From: a virus
Lineage: Duplodnaviria; Caudoviricetes
Virus record (IMG/VR): IMGVR_UViG_3300021400_000686
Coordinates: 1 to 64,000 of that record
Length of the DNA: 64,000 nt
Direction: 5' to 3' (one strand)
In this document: positions 1-8,012 of the stretch, in pieces
How positions within the stretch are numbered: the first letter of the stretch is position 1
How the letters are laid out: each line of letters opens with the position of its first letter
The notes under the pieces: generated by a model
Databases searched by the model: none
What the model was told of the DNA's origin: nothing
What the model saw: only the letters and a program-made list of their open reading frames with translations
Translations under genes and position numbers: made by a program

Positions 1-74
1 CCGTGATTGGCCTACCGACAGGACTACCACCGCACTTAAACAGCAATGCCCTTGCGCATGTCGGCTTCGGATTG

Positions 75-166
75 TCGGAACGGAAGGATTCGAACCTCCA
101 TCAAGGCTGTTTCGCGGGACTACGCCTTTCCAAACACCGAAGCTCTGCCGTTGAGCTACGTTCCGA
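75..166 (-). ncRNA. tRNA-like RNA with non-canonical, expanded anticodon region
   Basis: Acceptor CGGAACG/CGTTCCG, D arm GCTC-AACGGCA-GAGC, T arm GGAGG-TTCGAAT-CCTTC; about 42 nt between the D and T arms with no 5-bp/7-nt anticodon arm. Confidence 0.65.
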
Positions 167-239
167 TGGCCGTGTTAAGGTCACACGAGTCGCCGCACAT
201 ACATTTTTATAGTGTTCTGTCATTTGCTCCAACCACTCA

Positions 240-315
240 TCGGAACGGCAAGACTTGAACCTGCATCCACACTGGATTTCTTTCTACTGCGCTCTACCAT
301 TGAGCTACGTTCCGA
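240..315 (-). ncRNA. tRNA-like RNA lacking a canonical anticodon arm
   Basis: Same acceptor stem as 75-166 (CGGAACG/CGTTCCG), D arm GCTC-AATGGTA-GAGC, T arm GCAGG-TTCAAGT-CTTGC; the middle is A-rich plus an ATCCA-GTG-TGGAT hairpin. Confidence 0.65.
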
Positions 316-339
316 TCATCCCCCACAGAGGATGTATAA

Positions 340-1806
340 TCAGAAAGCGACCTTAATCGGCTCGTATCTTTCTGAATTGATCGTCTTTTCCATTGCTTCT
401 ATCGGATTCATTCCAACGCACTGCATCACCTGACGGAACACAGACACCGATTGTCCGCTTACAAGTTGTACGCCAATGCGTTTCTTGTCAGCGTGAAAAA
501 TATCATGGCGGCTGTTTACGTTCCAGAAAATGATGTTCGGAATCCTATAACCATGGATCATAAACATCTGCGACATCTGTTCGTAGAATGTCCATTCCCT
601 GTCCCCACAGTTATCGATTTCCATGTCGGAAATAACGATGATCGACTTCGGCATCTGTTCAGGGCTTACTTTATTTTTGACAGCAATATCAAGCACGTTT
701 TCGAACGCCGCCTTCAAGTTGGTGTTCCAACCCCAATTGTTCATGTCAATGCTCCCAAGCTTTTGTGCAAGTGTCTCACCTTTAAGCATTTGAATCGTAG
801 AACTTCCCGAAAAAGACATAAACAAATTGTGATACGGCCCTGTGTTCCTTTCGGCGAAATAAACGGCAAGTCCAACTGATGTTGCAAGTGGACGACCACA
901 CATTGATCCTGATGTGTCGGCAATGACCATTGCATTTGTGCCTTTTTCGACATAATCAGGCAGTTGCCTCCATTGCGCCTCCAAAACGCCGTCCTCTGTG
1001 GCGTAAACGCCATACCCAGAAAGCATCTTCCCAACTATATCGTATGGATATAGCGTCGATGAATGGATGGATTCCTCGCCCGCAACAGCCCTGTTAACGT
1101 ACCTCGCAAAGCGTTCAGCATCATGCCTCATAAAAGCTTCTCTGTAAATCATCATCGCTCTTGACGGAACGTCCGAGTAACGAATTTCATGCCACCGTCC
1201 TTCTGACATAAGCGATTCCACAATCCCAATTCTCTTCCGCATTTGTCTGACAATACGCTTGAATTCATACACTGAATACCCAAGCTTCTTGGCAGTGATG
1301 ATACCTAACCTTCTGGTCTCTTTGGATGAAGCGTCTGCCGTCTTAATCCACTTTGCAAGCAAAGAAATAGCGTTACCGCTCTTGAGGTTCCTTCTATCCT
1401 CCTCGAACTGTACCTTCATCGACTCCCACATATCACCTTCGATGGGCGTGCCAATCAGGCAATATAAGTCGTCGTAACGACCGTAAACGCCAATCAGATC
1501 AAGGTTTGGCCTCAACGCCTCGGGATGAAAGTTTGCCATATACCGCAGTATTGTTCTGAAGGTTTTTCTTTCGCCAAGGCCTCCCCTGATATCCCTTGCA
1601 TAAAAAACAATCTTCGTAGCGAACACCGGATCAACCTTGTAGGCCTCAGAGAAAAGACGTGTGATTCTGTTGGCATCCGCTTCACGAAGTGCACCCACGG
1701 AGCCAAAGAAGTCCAGTCTCGCGTCCCCTGATGTATTTAATGCCACGGCCCCATTTTCTGTCCGTGTAAATGAAGAGCTTTTTCTTGCCGCTTCTGCGAA
1801 ATTCAT
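340..1806 (-). CDS. DUF2828-family protein (TROVE/Ro60-like helical domain + C-terminal vWA)
   Basis: TENGA, RDIRGGLGER and LLAKW motifs; vWA MIDAS-like DTSGSM and IIVISDMEID; 488 aa. Confidence 0.8.
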   Translation of the reverse strand: MNFAEAARKSSSFTRTENGAVALNTSGDARLDFFGSVGALREADANRITRLFSEAYKVDPVFATKIVFYARDIRGGLGERKTFRTILRYMANFHPEALRPNLDLIGVYGRYDDLYCLIGTPIEGDMWESMKVQFEEDRRNLKSGNAISLLAKWIKTADASSKETRRLGIITAKKLGYSVYEFKRIVRQMRKRIGIVESLMSEGRWHEIRYSDVPSRAMMIYREAFMRHDAERFARYVNRAVAGEESIHSSTLYPYDIVGKMLSGYGVYATEDGVLEAQWRQLPDYVEKGTNAMVIADTSGSMCGRPLATSVGLAVYFAERNTGPYHNLFMSFSGSSTIQMLKGETLAQKLGSIDMNNWGWNTNLKAAFENVLDIAVKNKVSPEQMPKSIIVISDMEIDNCGDREWTFYEQMSQMFMIHGYRIPNIIFWNVNSRHDIFHADKKRIGVQLVSGQSVSVFRQVMQCVGMNPIEAMEKTINSERYEPIKVAF

Positions 1807-1838
1807 TGTCTTTCCCCCTTTCAGCTAATGTAAACACA

Positions 1839-1955
1839 TGACCCATTTGATTTGATAGATGCTCCATCTTTTTAATTGCTGTATGGGTCACAGGCAAACA
1901 GGACGCATTGCTTGTAAGATTAACCGTCTTATGCTTTTTGTTGCTGTAAGCGTCC
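1839..1955 (-). repeat. Two tandem stem-loops, each with ACAGCAA + AAAAAG + an inner hairpin, in the 5' leader of the DUF2828 gene
   Basis: GGACGC..GCGTCC (1901-1955) and TGACCCAT..ATGGGTCA (1839-1890); each closing stem is followed within 1-2 nt by ACAGCAA. Confidence 0.6.
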
Positions 1956-1959
1956 CAAA

Positions 1960-2074
1960 CGCGGTGGGTTGGATTCGAACCAACAGCCTCGGCTCCCCAA
2001 AAGCAAAGAAGAATTGCTGTGAGAATCACCACCATGATTCCTTTTTACGCGCTCCACCATTGAGCTACCACCGC
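1960..2074 (-). ncRNA. tRNA-like RNA with a ~66-nt insert in place of the anticodon/variable arms
   Basis: Perfect acceptor GCGGTGG/CCACCGC, D arm GCTC-AATGGTG-GAGC, T arm GTTGG-TTCGAAT-CCAAC; the insert contains AAAAAG, a GAATCA/TGATTC hairpin and ACAGCAA. Confidence 0.7.
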
Positions 2075-2079
2075 ATAAT

Positions 2080-2148
2080 CGAAAACGTCGGACTCGAACC
2101 GCGACTCCGCATCCCAAATGCGGTGTGTTACCATTACACTACGTTCTC
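2080..2148 (-). tRNA. tRNA-Pro(TGG), T stem slightly degenerate
   Basis: Anticodon arm CCGCA-TTTGGGA-TGCGG; acceptor GAGAACG/CGTTTTC; TTCGAGT T loop. Confidence 0.75.
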
Positions 2149-2179
2149 GCTCCTATCGGCACGTTTCGACCGAATAGGC

Positions 2180-3355
2180 TTATACTACATTTTCGAAGTC
2201 GAATATCGTCATCTGCCCTACAATGTCCCCTGTTGCCTTTGAGGACTCGTAAGTGTACGGATATACTGTCCCGTCACCGACGTATTCGTGGCAATAACAA
2301 ACCCTGTGAGAATGGAACTCAATCAGCTCTTTCTTCATCCCGTATCGTGGGCGCTGTCTCGGCGTTCCGTCCTTCATCAGATACGACTCTCGCGACTTAT
2401 GATTGTTTGCCGTCGCCCTCCATAACGGCGAATTGTCTCTATGAATTCCCATCCTCGGATTGCTCGTCTTTACAAAGTACCGACATCCTTTTTCGATATA
2501 CGCTTGTCCTATCGCCTCGGAAAATTTGTTTCCGATCCCCATCCCTTGATAATCTGGAAGCACGACTAAGCGATGTTCTTTCCATGCGTGTTTGATATCT
2601 CGCCCCGGTAGCGAAAGTGTAGCCAGAAACGCAACTGGTATATCGTCAAGCGAAGCGATAAAACATGTCGACGCGTTGTTTAGATCACCGCTTAAATAGT
2701 GATACCTCTTAAACATATCCCATGCTCTCTTACTTCCAGTAGAGATTTCAATATCGATTTGCGGTCGACAAAGATACCTCCCAGTGTAAAACTGCTTCGT
2801 GTCCGTGTTGTAAACCCACGTCGGATTAAGATACGGAATAATGTCGTCGTGGCAAGAAGCGAACACTACATTTTTCAGGCCATGCTTTCGGATATACTTT
2901 GATATACTCACCGAGCACGATATAGCGACCTCTCGGTTTACAACGCTCGTGAATTCGTCTATAACAGCGCCGCTTTTTAGCCTCCTTGCGATGTCGGCCC
3001 TGAACTTTTCGCCCGTTGATAATGCGCTATACGGCTTCAGCCATTGTGGAATCGAATTAAGACCAGCCCCTCCGAGTTTATCCGAGGCGTCTTCTATCCC
3101 GTCAAACTGAGATGCAATACAGAAATTGTCATCCCACTTCGGCTTTTCTTCCCCTCCAAAACAATGCTTCAGGATCGTTGATTTTCCGCTTCCGCTCGAT
3201 CCGACTATCAACCCTATTTCAAATTCTTCGGGGAATTCTGGGATTGATATTTCTGTAGCGACCTCGCCATCGAACTTGTAGTCAAAGTTCTTTTCAATCG
3301 CCTCGGTAACATCGTCCTCAACGACTCGCGTTACCATCTTTAAGGTATTCCCCAT
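2180..3355 (-). CDS. ABC-type ATPase fused to a GNAT (Mom-like) acetyltransferase
   Basis: Walker A GSSGSGKST, Walker B AVIDEF, GNAT motif RLVVLPDYQGMGIG; start placed at MGNTLK after RBS GAGGGTG (the longer ORF start overlaps a tRNA-like element). Confidence 0.8.
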   Translation of the reverse strand: MGNTLKMVTRVVEDDVTEAIEKNFDYKFDGEVATEISIPEFPEEFEIGLIVGSSGSGKSTILKHCFGGEEKPKWDDNFCIASQFDGIEDASDKLGGAGLNSIPQWLKPYSALSTGEKFRADIARRLKSGAVIDEFTSVVNREVAISCSVSISKYIRKHGLKNVVFASCHDDIIPYLNPTWVYNTDTKQFYTGRYLCRPQIDIEISTGSKRAWDMFKRYHYLSGDLNNASTCFIASLDDIPVAFLATLSLPGRDIKHAWKEHRLVVLPDYQGMGIGNKFSEAIGQAYIEKGCRYFVKTSNPRMGIHRDNSPLWRATANNHKSRESYLMKDGTPRQRPRYGMKKELIEFHSHRVCYCHEYVGDGTVYPYTYESSKATGDIVGQMTIFDFENVV

Positions 3356-3385
3356 TTCACCCTCTGTTCCCCTCTTGTTGTCATT

Positions 3386-3487
3386 TCCATCCGACAAGGA
3401 TTTGCACCTTGCATGACATCTCGGTTAATTTGGTACTTCCAATGTCTATGACCAAAATTTAGCGTCTACCTATTCCGCCACGGAAGG
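3386..3487 (-). ncRNA. Leu-type tRNA-like RNA with an enlarged (~16-nt) anticodon loop
   Basis: Leu-class D arm TGGCGGAATAGGTAGACGC, T arm CAAGG-TGCAAAT-CCTTG, stem TTTGGT/ACCAAA closing CATAGACATTGGAAGT. Confidence 0.6.
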
Positions 3488-3745
3488 TTTTGTAGGCTTG
3501 GTTTATCGCCCCCATCTCGTGTGCCTACACGCGGGTTACTATACCGTCACACGTTTCTTACCACTCCCGAAAACCGGGTTTAGAGTTTTCCTTCTCATAA
3601 TCAATACAGTTTGCTCGGAGTTATGATTCTCTCCACCTTATTTATCGGGTGATCAGTCCGACTATTCGGCTTCCTTAGCCTAACGGCGTAACGCGTTTTA
3701 CCGTTAGCGCATTATCGAAGACATCCCTTTACGCATGGACGTGAG
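3488..3745 (-). ncRNA. Candidate structured non-coding RNA between tRNA-like genes
   Basis: No credible ORF; several stems (CTAACGG/CCGTTAG, TCGG/CCGA, GGAG/CTCC, CCCG/CGGG, GTAGGC/GCCTAC). Confidence 0.4.
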
Positions 3746-3756
3746 CTGTATTGCAA

Positions 3757-3827
3757 CTGTCGCAGATGGGCTCGAACCATCGTCCTCCCCTTTATACTGG
3801 GCGCTCGTTCCGCTGAGCTATACGACA
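3757..3827 (-). ncRNA. tRNA-like RNA with a degenerate anticodon arm
   Basis: Acceptor TGTCGTA/TGCGACA, D arm GCTC..GAGC, T arm GATGG-TTCGAGC-CCATC; only 3 bp (CCC/GGG) in the anticodon stem. Confidence 0.6.
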
Positions 3828-3916
3828 ACTTGATACACGGTACGTCTACCGTGCCTTCGGCGATACCCGACGAGAAAAGCACTTGTCTCGGTTCATCCCT
3901 TTTCTCTTATCGCCTA

Positions 3917-3977
3917 TACATCTGGCAAGGAATCGAACCTTGCGTCTCCATGCGTGCTACCACTGCACCACAGATGC
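3917..3977 (-). ncRNA. Minimal tRNA-like RNA with the anticodon arm deleted
   Basis: Acceptor GCATCTG/CAGATGT, D arm GTGC-AGTGGTA-GCAC, T arm GCAAGG-TTCGATT-CCTTGC; only ~10 nt between the D and T arms. Confidence 0.65.
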
Positions 3978-3999
3978 ACCATACAACAAAAGGAGGCAA

Positions 4000-4449
4000 C
4001 TATTCGGACTTTTCACAGAAGTCCTTTTCCATTGACAAGATGCAATCGGAAAGCATCTTGTCAAGGTATCCCAATGTAATCGCCCTATCACACTCCCACA
4101 CCATTCCGCGTCCTACATGCTTATACCACCAGACCTTAAAGCCTCGGTATTCGAAGTTTGGCGCGTCATTATCGTCCATCCATCTATACGACTTGACGCT
4201 GAAAGTGTCGTTCTTGTATTCGTTTCCCGTATTACGAAACGGAGACTCGATGTCGTCTTGGTTCTTATTCCAGTACATCCTTGAGAGCTCGTCCTCGATA
4301 TACATCAGGATCGCCGTTATCGTTGCGGTATAGTTATTACTCCTTATCATGGACACACTCGAAAAATTGATAATCTTGGTAGGTAAACCCCTCGGTCTTT
4401 GTATCTTTCCCACTCGGATAGCGCAACCGCTCGATATCAGCACCAACAA
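4000..4449 (-). CDS. hypothetical phage protein (true start probably further downstream)
   Basis: ORF in a tightly packed minus-strand operon. Confidence 0.5.
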   Translation of the reverse strand: MLVLISSGCAIRVGKIQRPRGLPTKIINFSSVSMIRSNNYTATITAILMYIEDELSRMYWNKNQDDIESPFRNTGNEYKNDTFSVKSYRWMDDNDAPNFEYRGFKVWWYKHVGRGMVWECDRAITLGYLDKMLSDCILSMEKDFCEKSE

Positions 4450-4633
4450 CCTCGGCTACATTTTCTATTCCCTCGTAAATATGCACTCCTTTTTTGGTTT
4501 CGTCCATGAAACACCCGAACCCAGAAATAGGTTTAACGCCAATCTCCTCCATTCGTTTCATAAATGCCTTGTAATGCTTTTCCGCAAGCCTGAACTCGTT
4601 CATCGCAGAATCGAATACCGCAACCTTATCCAT
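4337..4633 (-). CDS. hypothetical phage protein
   Basis: ORF with RBS, coupled to its neighbours. Confidence 0.6.
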   Translation of the reverse strand: MDKVAVFDSAMNEFRLAEKHYKAFMKRMEEIGVKPISGFGCFMDETKKGVHIYEGIENVAEVVGADIERLRYPSGKDTKTEGFTYQDYQFFECVHDKE

Positions 4634-4850
4634 TATTCATTACCTCCAAATCTGGATGTTCTACCAAATATTCTGCCAACTCACTCTTTGCGATCATCTT
4701 CGTCACGTAATACATCGCGCTTGCAGATACATGCACGGGATATACGATTTTCACATTCAGTGGGCCTTTAGGTGCCTTCTCCAACCCCAACCTTATTCTT
4801 TCTCTTTGACTCAGCTTATAAATCGATTGATATCGACCTTGTTCATTCAT
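4626..4850 (-). CDS. hypothetical phage protein
   Basis: Overlapping start/stop with neighbours, RBS GAGGGG. Confidence 0.55.
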   Translation of the reverse strand: MNEQGRYQSIYKLSQRERIRLGLEKAPKGPLNVKIVYPVHVSASAMYYVTKMIAKSELAEYLVEHPDLEVMNNG

Positions 4851-5070
4851 CCCCTCTTACCTCTACTTCATGTTCAGCTTCATACCGCAACTCGATGCAG
4901 TCTTCCTTCTCCGTCACACTAAATCGAGATCGCTTTCTGAACTCTTCTGCCATGAAATAGCCATCTTCGGTTTTCGGAAACTCCATAATGTCAATTGCTT
5001 TGTACTTCAACTTTCGCCACTTTCCCGAACCACTGAGATACCTCAGCGTAATACTGTGCATCGTATCCAC
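4843..5070 (-). CDS. hypothetical phage protein
   Basis: Operon-packed ORF. Confidence 0.45.
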   Translation of the reverse strand: MDTMHSITLRYLSGSGKWRKLKYKAIDIMEFPKTEDGYFMAEEFRKRSRFSVTEKEDCIELRYEAEHEVEVRGDE

Positions 5071-5869
5071 CGTAATCAGATGTCTTATGTCTGCTTACCG
5101 CATCCGCAACGCTCATCCCAGAATTAAATCTTTTAGACATCTGCGCCGCGTATATATCGAACTGAACATACATATCGTAAATGTCCGCCCCGACGTGTCC
5201 GTATTGGCTCGAAACCTCATCCCAAAACTCAGCACGATATTGAAGTATCCCATAATCACGTCCATCATTGCTTACTATGTACTGTTGGAAATGAGACTCT
5301 TGATAAATCTGCGCCAAAGCTCCTTCAAGCCAATAGCTTATATTGTGCCGTTCAAGTGCGTCGTATAACATTTGCTGAATTGTAGGATCGACAAGCTCAC
5401 CGTTCACCATGTAAACACTTTTCGCTTCTGTCTCCACCTCGGTTCCCACCTCGTTGGGAACGCTCTCGACATCGCTTTCAGCAGTCTCTTCTCCTTTCGG
5501 TAGAATCTCATCGGTTGCTGTCTCGCTTTCTTCGCTTGTCTCTTGTTCACAATTCACCACCTTCTTCGTTTCACCAAAGCGAGTGCCGTGCTGTTCCGTA
5601 GGCATCGGTACTTCGGATACATCTTTCTCAGTATCTTTAGCGCAAGAAGATGCTGTTGTGTCCACTTCCACCTCCGCTTCGTACGGATTTGGTTCTTCGC
5701 CATTCGATACTGCCGTCTCTTCTTTGCCTGTCTTCTGTTCATAAGTTTCGTACCAACGCTGAAACTGCTCTGGATTTTCGCACGGCATCCCTCCTAAACT
5801 GGAAGCACCCGAAGCGATAGAAACAACAGCCACGGCACCAATAGCCAGAATACACTGTTTTACCATCAA
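4991..5869 (-). CDS. Exported or membrane-anchored protein with a C-terminal lytic transglycosylase (SLT)-like domain
   Basis: N-terminal hydrophobic segment, acidic linker, LAQIYQES..YGILQY motif. Confidence 0.6.
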   Translation of the reverse strand: MMVKQCILAIGAVAVVSIASGASSLGGMPCENPEQFQRWYETYEQKTGKEETAVSNGEEPNPYEAEVEVDTTASSCAKDTEKDVSEVPMPTEQHGTRFGETKKVVNCEQETSEESETATDEILPKGEETAESDVESVPNEVGTEVETEAKSVYMVNGELVDPTIQQMLYDALERHNISYWLEGALAQIYQESHFQQYIVSNDGRDYGILQYRAEFWDEVSSQYGHVGADIYDMYVQFDIYAAQMSKRFNSGMSVADAVSRHKTSDYGGYDAQYYAEVSQWFGKVAKVEVQSN

Positions 5870-5874
5870 CCCTC

Positions 5875-6237
5875 CTATTCATCGTCCCTAACCTCAATAA
5901 TCAAGCGGTCGTCGTCACCATTTCGAACAATAATCCCAGTCTCGTCCTTCAGCTTTACGGCAAGTTCGTGCCACGTTGTTTTATTGTCTGAAATGTCTTT
6001 CATTATGTCGTCCGCTCGCTGTAAGCACCTCAAGATACGCTCCGCGCCAAATCCGTAGGTTTCTCTGATCGACATCGCAAAAACTGTGAATATCCTGTCC
6101 CAGTGCAAATACTCAGCTTCTTTCACAGCGTCTTGAGCGAGCCACTGCCGAATCGTCTGTATCATCGTTGGTGGAATACCCTTCATTTTCAGATATCCGA
6201 TAACTTGACTTTTGGTATATTTCTTGTCCATTGTCAT
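5875..6237 (-). CDS. hypothetical phage protein
   Basis: First ORF after the promoter at 6279-6306. Confidence 0.6.
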   Translation of the reverse strand: MTMDKKYTKSQVIGYLKMKGIPPTMIQTIRQWLAQDAVKEAEYLHWDRIFTVFAMSIRETYGFGAERILRCLQRADDIMKDISDNKTTWHELAVKLKDETGIIVRNGDDDRLIIEVRDDE

Positions 6238-6259
6238 CCCCTACTTGGGCGTTAATTTG

Positions 6260-6318
6260 TACCCTGAGGTACATTTGTATTTTACCACATATTATTCATT
6301 TGTCAATACCTATAGGTA
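6260..6318 (-). promoter_or_regulatory. Sigma70-type promoter flanked by two TACC-N4-GGTA operators
   Basis: TTGACA-16-TAAAAT with extended TG; TACCCTGAGGTA at 6260-6271 and TACCTATAGGTA at 6307-6318. Confidence 0.75.
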
Positions 6319-6356
6319 TTATTTTTTTATTTTTTCGTATTTTTCCGTACGGGCAT

Positions 6357-6388
6357 AAAAAAAGCGCCCGTCCATAAAGAACGGGCGT
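6357..6388 (-). terminator. Intrinsic terminator
   Basis: ACGCCCGT/ACGGGCGC hairpin followed by T7. Confidence 0.75.
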
Positions 6389-6461
6389 CGCCGAAACAGC
6401 GTTTGGGGGAATACGTTGTCCCGACTATACAAACGGTTGGAGGTATACCGCTCATACCATA

Positions 6462-6641
6462 TTAAATTGCATTTTTCTCATTCAGCCATTCAAGCCATTG
6501 ATCGGCAAGGTCTTTCGCCTTAGCCTTTGCTTCCTCCTCGGTTTCGCCTGTACAGCAAGCCCCGAAGATGATATCAGCCGTCGCAACATAGCATCCTTGC
6601 TCTATGTCATATCGGCACTCTATATTAAACACATTCGCCAT
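6462..6641 (-). CDS. Standalone HicB-N-like small protein (59 aa, below the ORF-track cutoff)
   Basis: MANVFNIECRYDIEQGCYVATADIIFGACCTGETEEEAKAKAKDLADQWLEWLNEKNAI fits the HicB pattern YxA...GxxxxGETxEEA. Confidence 0.6.
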   Translation of the reverse strand: MANVFNIECRYDIEQGCYVATADIIFGACCTGETEEEAKAKAKDLADQWLEWLNEKNAI

Positions 6642-6710
6642 CTTTTCACCATAATCCGAAAGCTTTTCACTATAAAATCGTTTTCAGTCTCGTTATAGTT
6701 AAAATCGCAT

Positions 6711-6742
6711 AAAACAAGAGGCGCACCATTCAGTACGCCCCC
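6711..6742 (-). terminator. Intrinsic terminator
   Basis: GGGGCGTAC/GTGCGCCTC hairpin + TTGTTTT. Confidence 0.6.
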
Positions 6743-6772
6743 GAATACAACAACTTCACATGGAAGTTATGC

Positions 6773-7189
6773 TCAGTACGCTACGTGCCGGAAGATGTGC
6801 GGTTCATCCGTTTCAAAAAATCCTCCCCTGTCTTCATCCCAGATGAAATAAATGCGGTTCTCAGGGCCTACACAAGAATACAGCCCTTCTCTTCGGCACA
6901 TCACAAATCCTGCGTGATATATCCTTTCCTGAATATCGCAACGGTTTGTGTGCATTGCTTCTATCGCATCATCGATGTCATAGTAGAAGCCCATGTTGCC
7001 AGTAGACCCAGTATCGGGCCAACCGAGATGTTTTCCATCTTTTCCGATCAGTTCTTTATTCGGGTGCTCGAAGACCATGATCTCGTAGATCGGGCGTTGG
7101 TGATCTTTCTCAACCCATTCCAAGATACTTTCTCTTGTTGCCATAAATCTCCCTTCTCCCCAGTGGTACGGTTTTTTACGCCATACCAC
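6773..7189 (-). CDS. hypothetical protein
   Basis: ORF downstream of the lysis genes, likely start MATRES. Confidence 0.55.
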   Translation of the reverse strand: MVWRKKPYHWGEGRFMATRESILEWVEKDHQRPIYEIMVFEHPNKELIGKDGKHLGWPDTGSTGNMGFYYDIDDAIEAMHTNRCDIQERIYHAGFVMCRREGLYSCVGPENRIYFIWDEDRGGFFETDEPHIFRHVAY

Positions 7190-7340
7190 CGTCAGGAGAA
7201 ACTCGTATGTGCAAAACAGGGAATTCCTGTGATGCCTTGTTTACCTCGCCGTGTAAGGCGAAATTTGCCCTGTTTTGAGCGTTCTGCATATCGGCTCGAT
7301 AAAATCCTCGCCCATGCGCTAAACCGTCACAAAACAGCTT

Positions 7341-7541
7341 TTATTCGGTTTTGCCCTTATCGTACTGCTTCTTGGCGATAGCCACGACAGCACCGAAGAG
7401 AACATCAATCGCCGCTACGGTCGCAACGATCTGCGAACCATAAGGAATTCCCCACACATCCACAAAGGACGCAAGGAATGTCACAAAAGGCGCGATCAGC
7501 AAAGCAATAAATTTCAGCGTATCATAAGTTTTATTTGACAT
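7341..7541 (-). CDS. Holin (Dp-1-like)
   Basis: 66 aa, two hydrophobic helices, MSNKTYDTLKFIAL N-terminus, basic C-terminus. Confidence 0.75.
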   Translation of the reverse strand: MSNKTYDTLKFIALLIAPFVTFLASFVDVWGIPYGSQIVATVAAIDVLFGAVVAIAKKQYDKGKTE

Positions 7542-7545
7542 CTTT

Positions 7546-7998
7546 TCACCTCATTCCAAGGAAGCTTCCTTCCTTTACGCAATTCTCGTATGTCGATTGA
7601 ATGTTTGCTATTGCGACTTTCGCCCGTGCATTCTTATAGTCTGGGTGTCCGTCGCAATATTTCTCATACACGGTGATATCCTGTAAAGCCTGATTGAAGG
7701 ATTCCTCCGAGTGTCTAACACCGTGCATAATCTCATCAGAATAACCAAGGATACGAATTCGGGCATTTGTGGCTGTTTCTTCTGCCATCCGCTCTTCCAG
7801 AGCGGTAAACCTTTCATCCGTATCCTTTTTCTGTGTGTCTATTTTTGTTTCAAGCTTTTTGATAGCTTCCAACACTTCGTTTTTCTTGTCCGTCTTGGTA
7901 TCCTTTCTCGTGATTAAAAACTGGATAAACGCCAGTAAAGCACCACCACCAACTACGGACACGAAAACCGTAATCACGGTGCCGACAATCTCTCGCAT
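7546..7998 (-). CDS. Membrane/coiled-coil lysis-module protein
   Basis: N-terminal TM helix then coiled coil; lies between endolysin and holin. Confidence 0.65.
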   Translation of the reverse strand: MREIVGTVITVFVSVVGGGALLAFIQFLITRKDTKTDKKNEVLEAIKKLETKIDTQKKDTDERFTALEERMAEETATNARIRILGYSDEIMHGVRHSEESFNQALQDITVYEKYCDGHPDYKNARAKVAIANIQSTYENCVKEGSFLGMR

Positions 7999-8012
7999 CG
8001 GATTGTCCCCCT

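Noticed and set aside
75-3977. Canonical YrlA-type Y RNAs
   Set aside because: YrlA has a permuted tRNA-like domain with a loop-closed acceptor stem; these elements keep the normal acceptor-D-T order.
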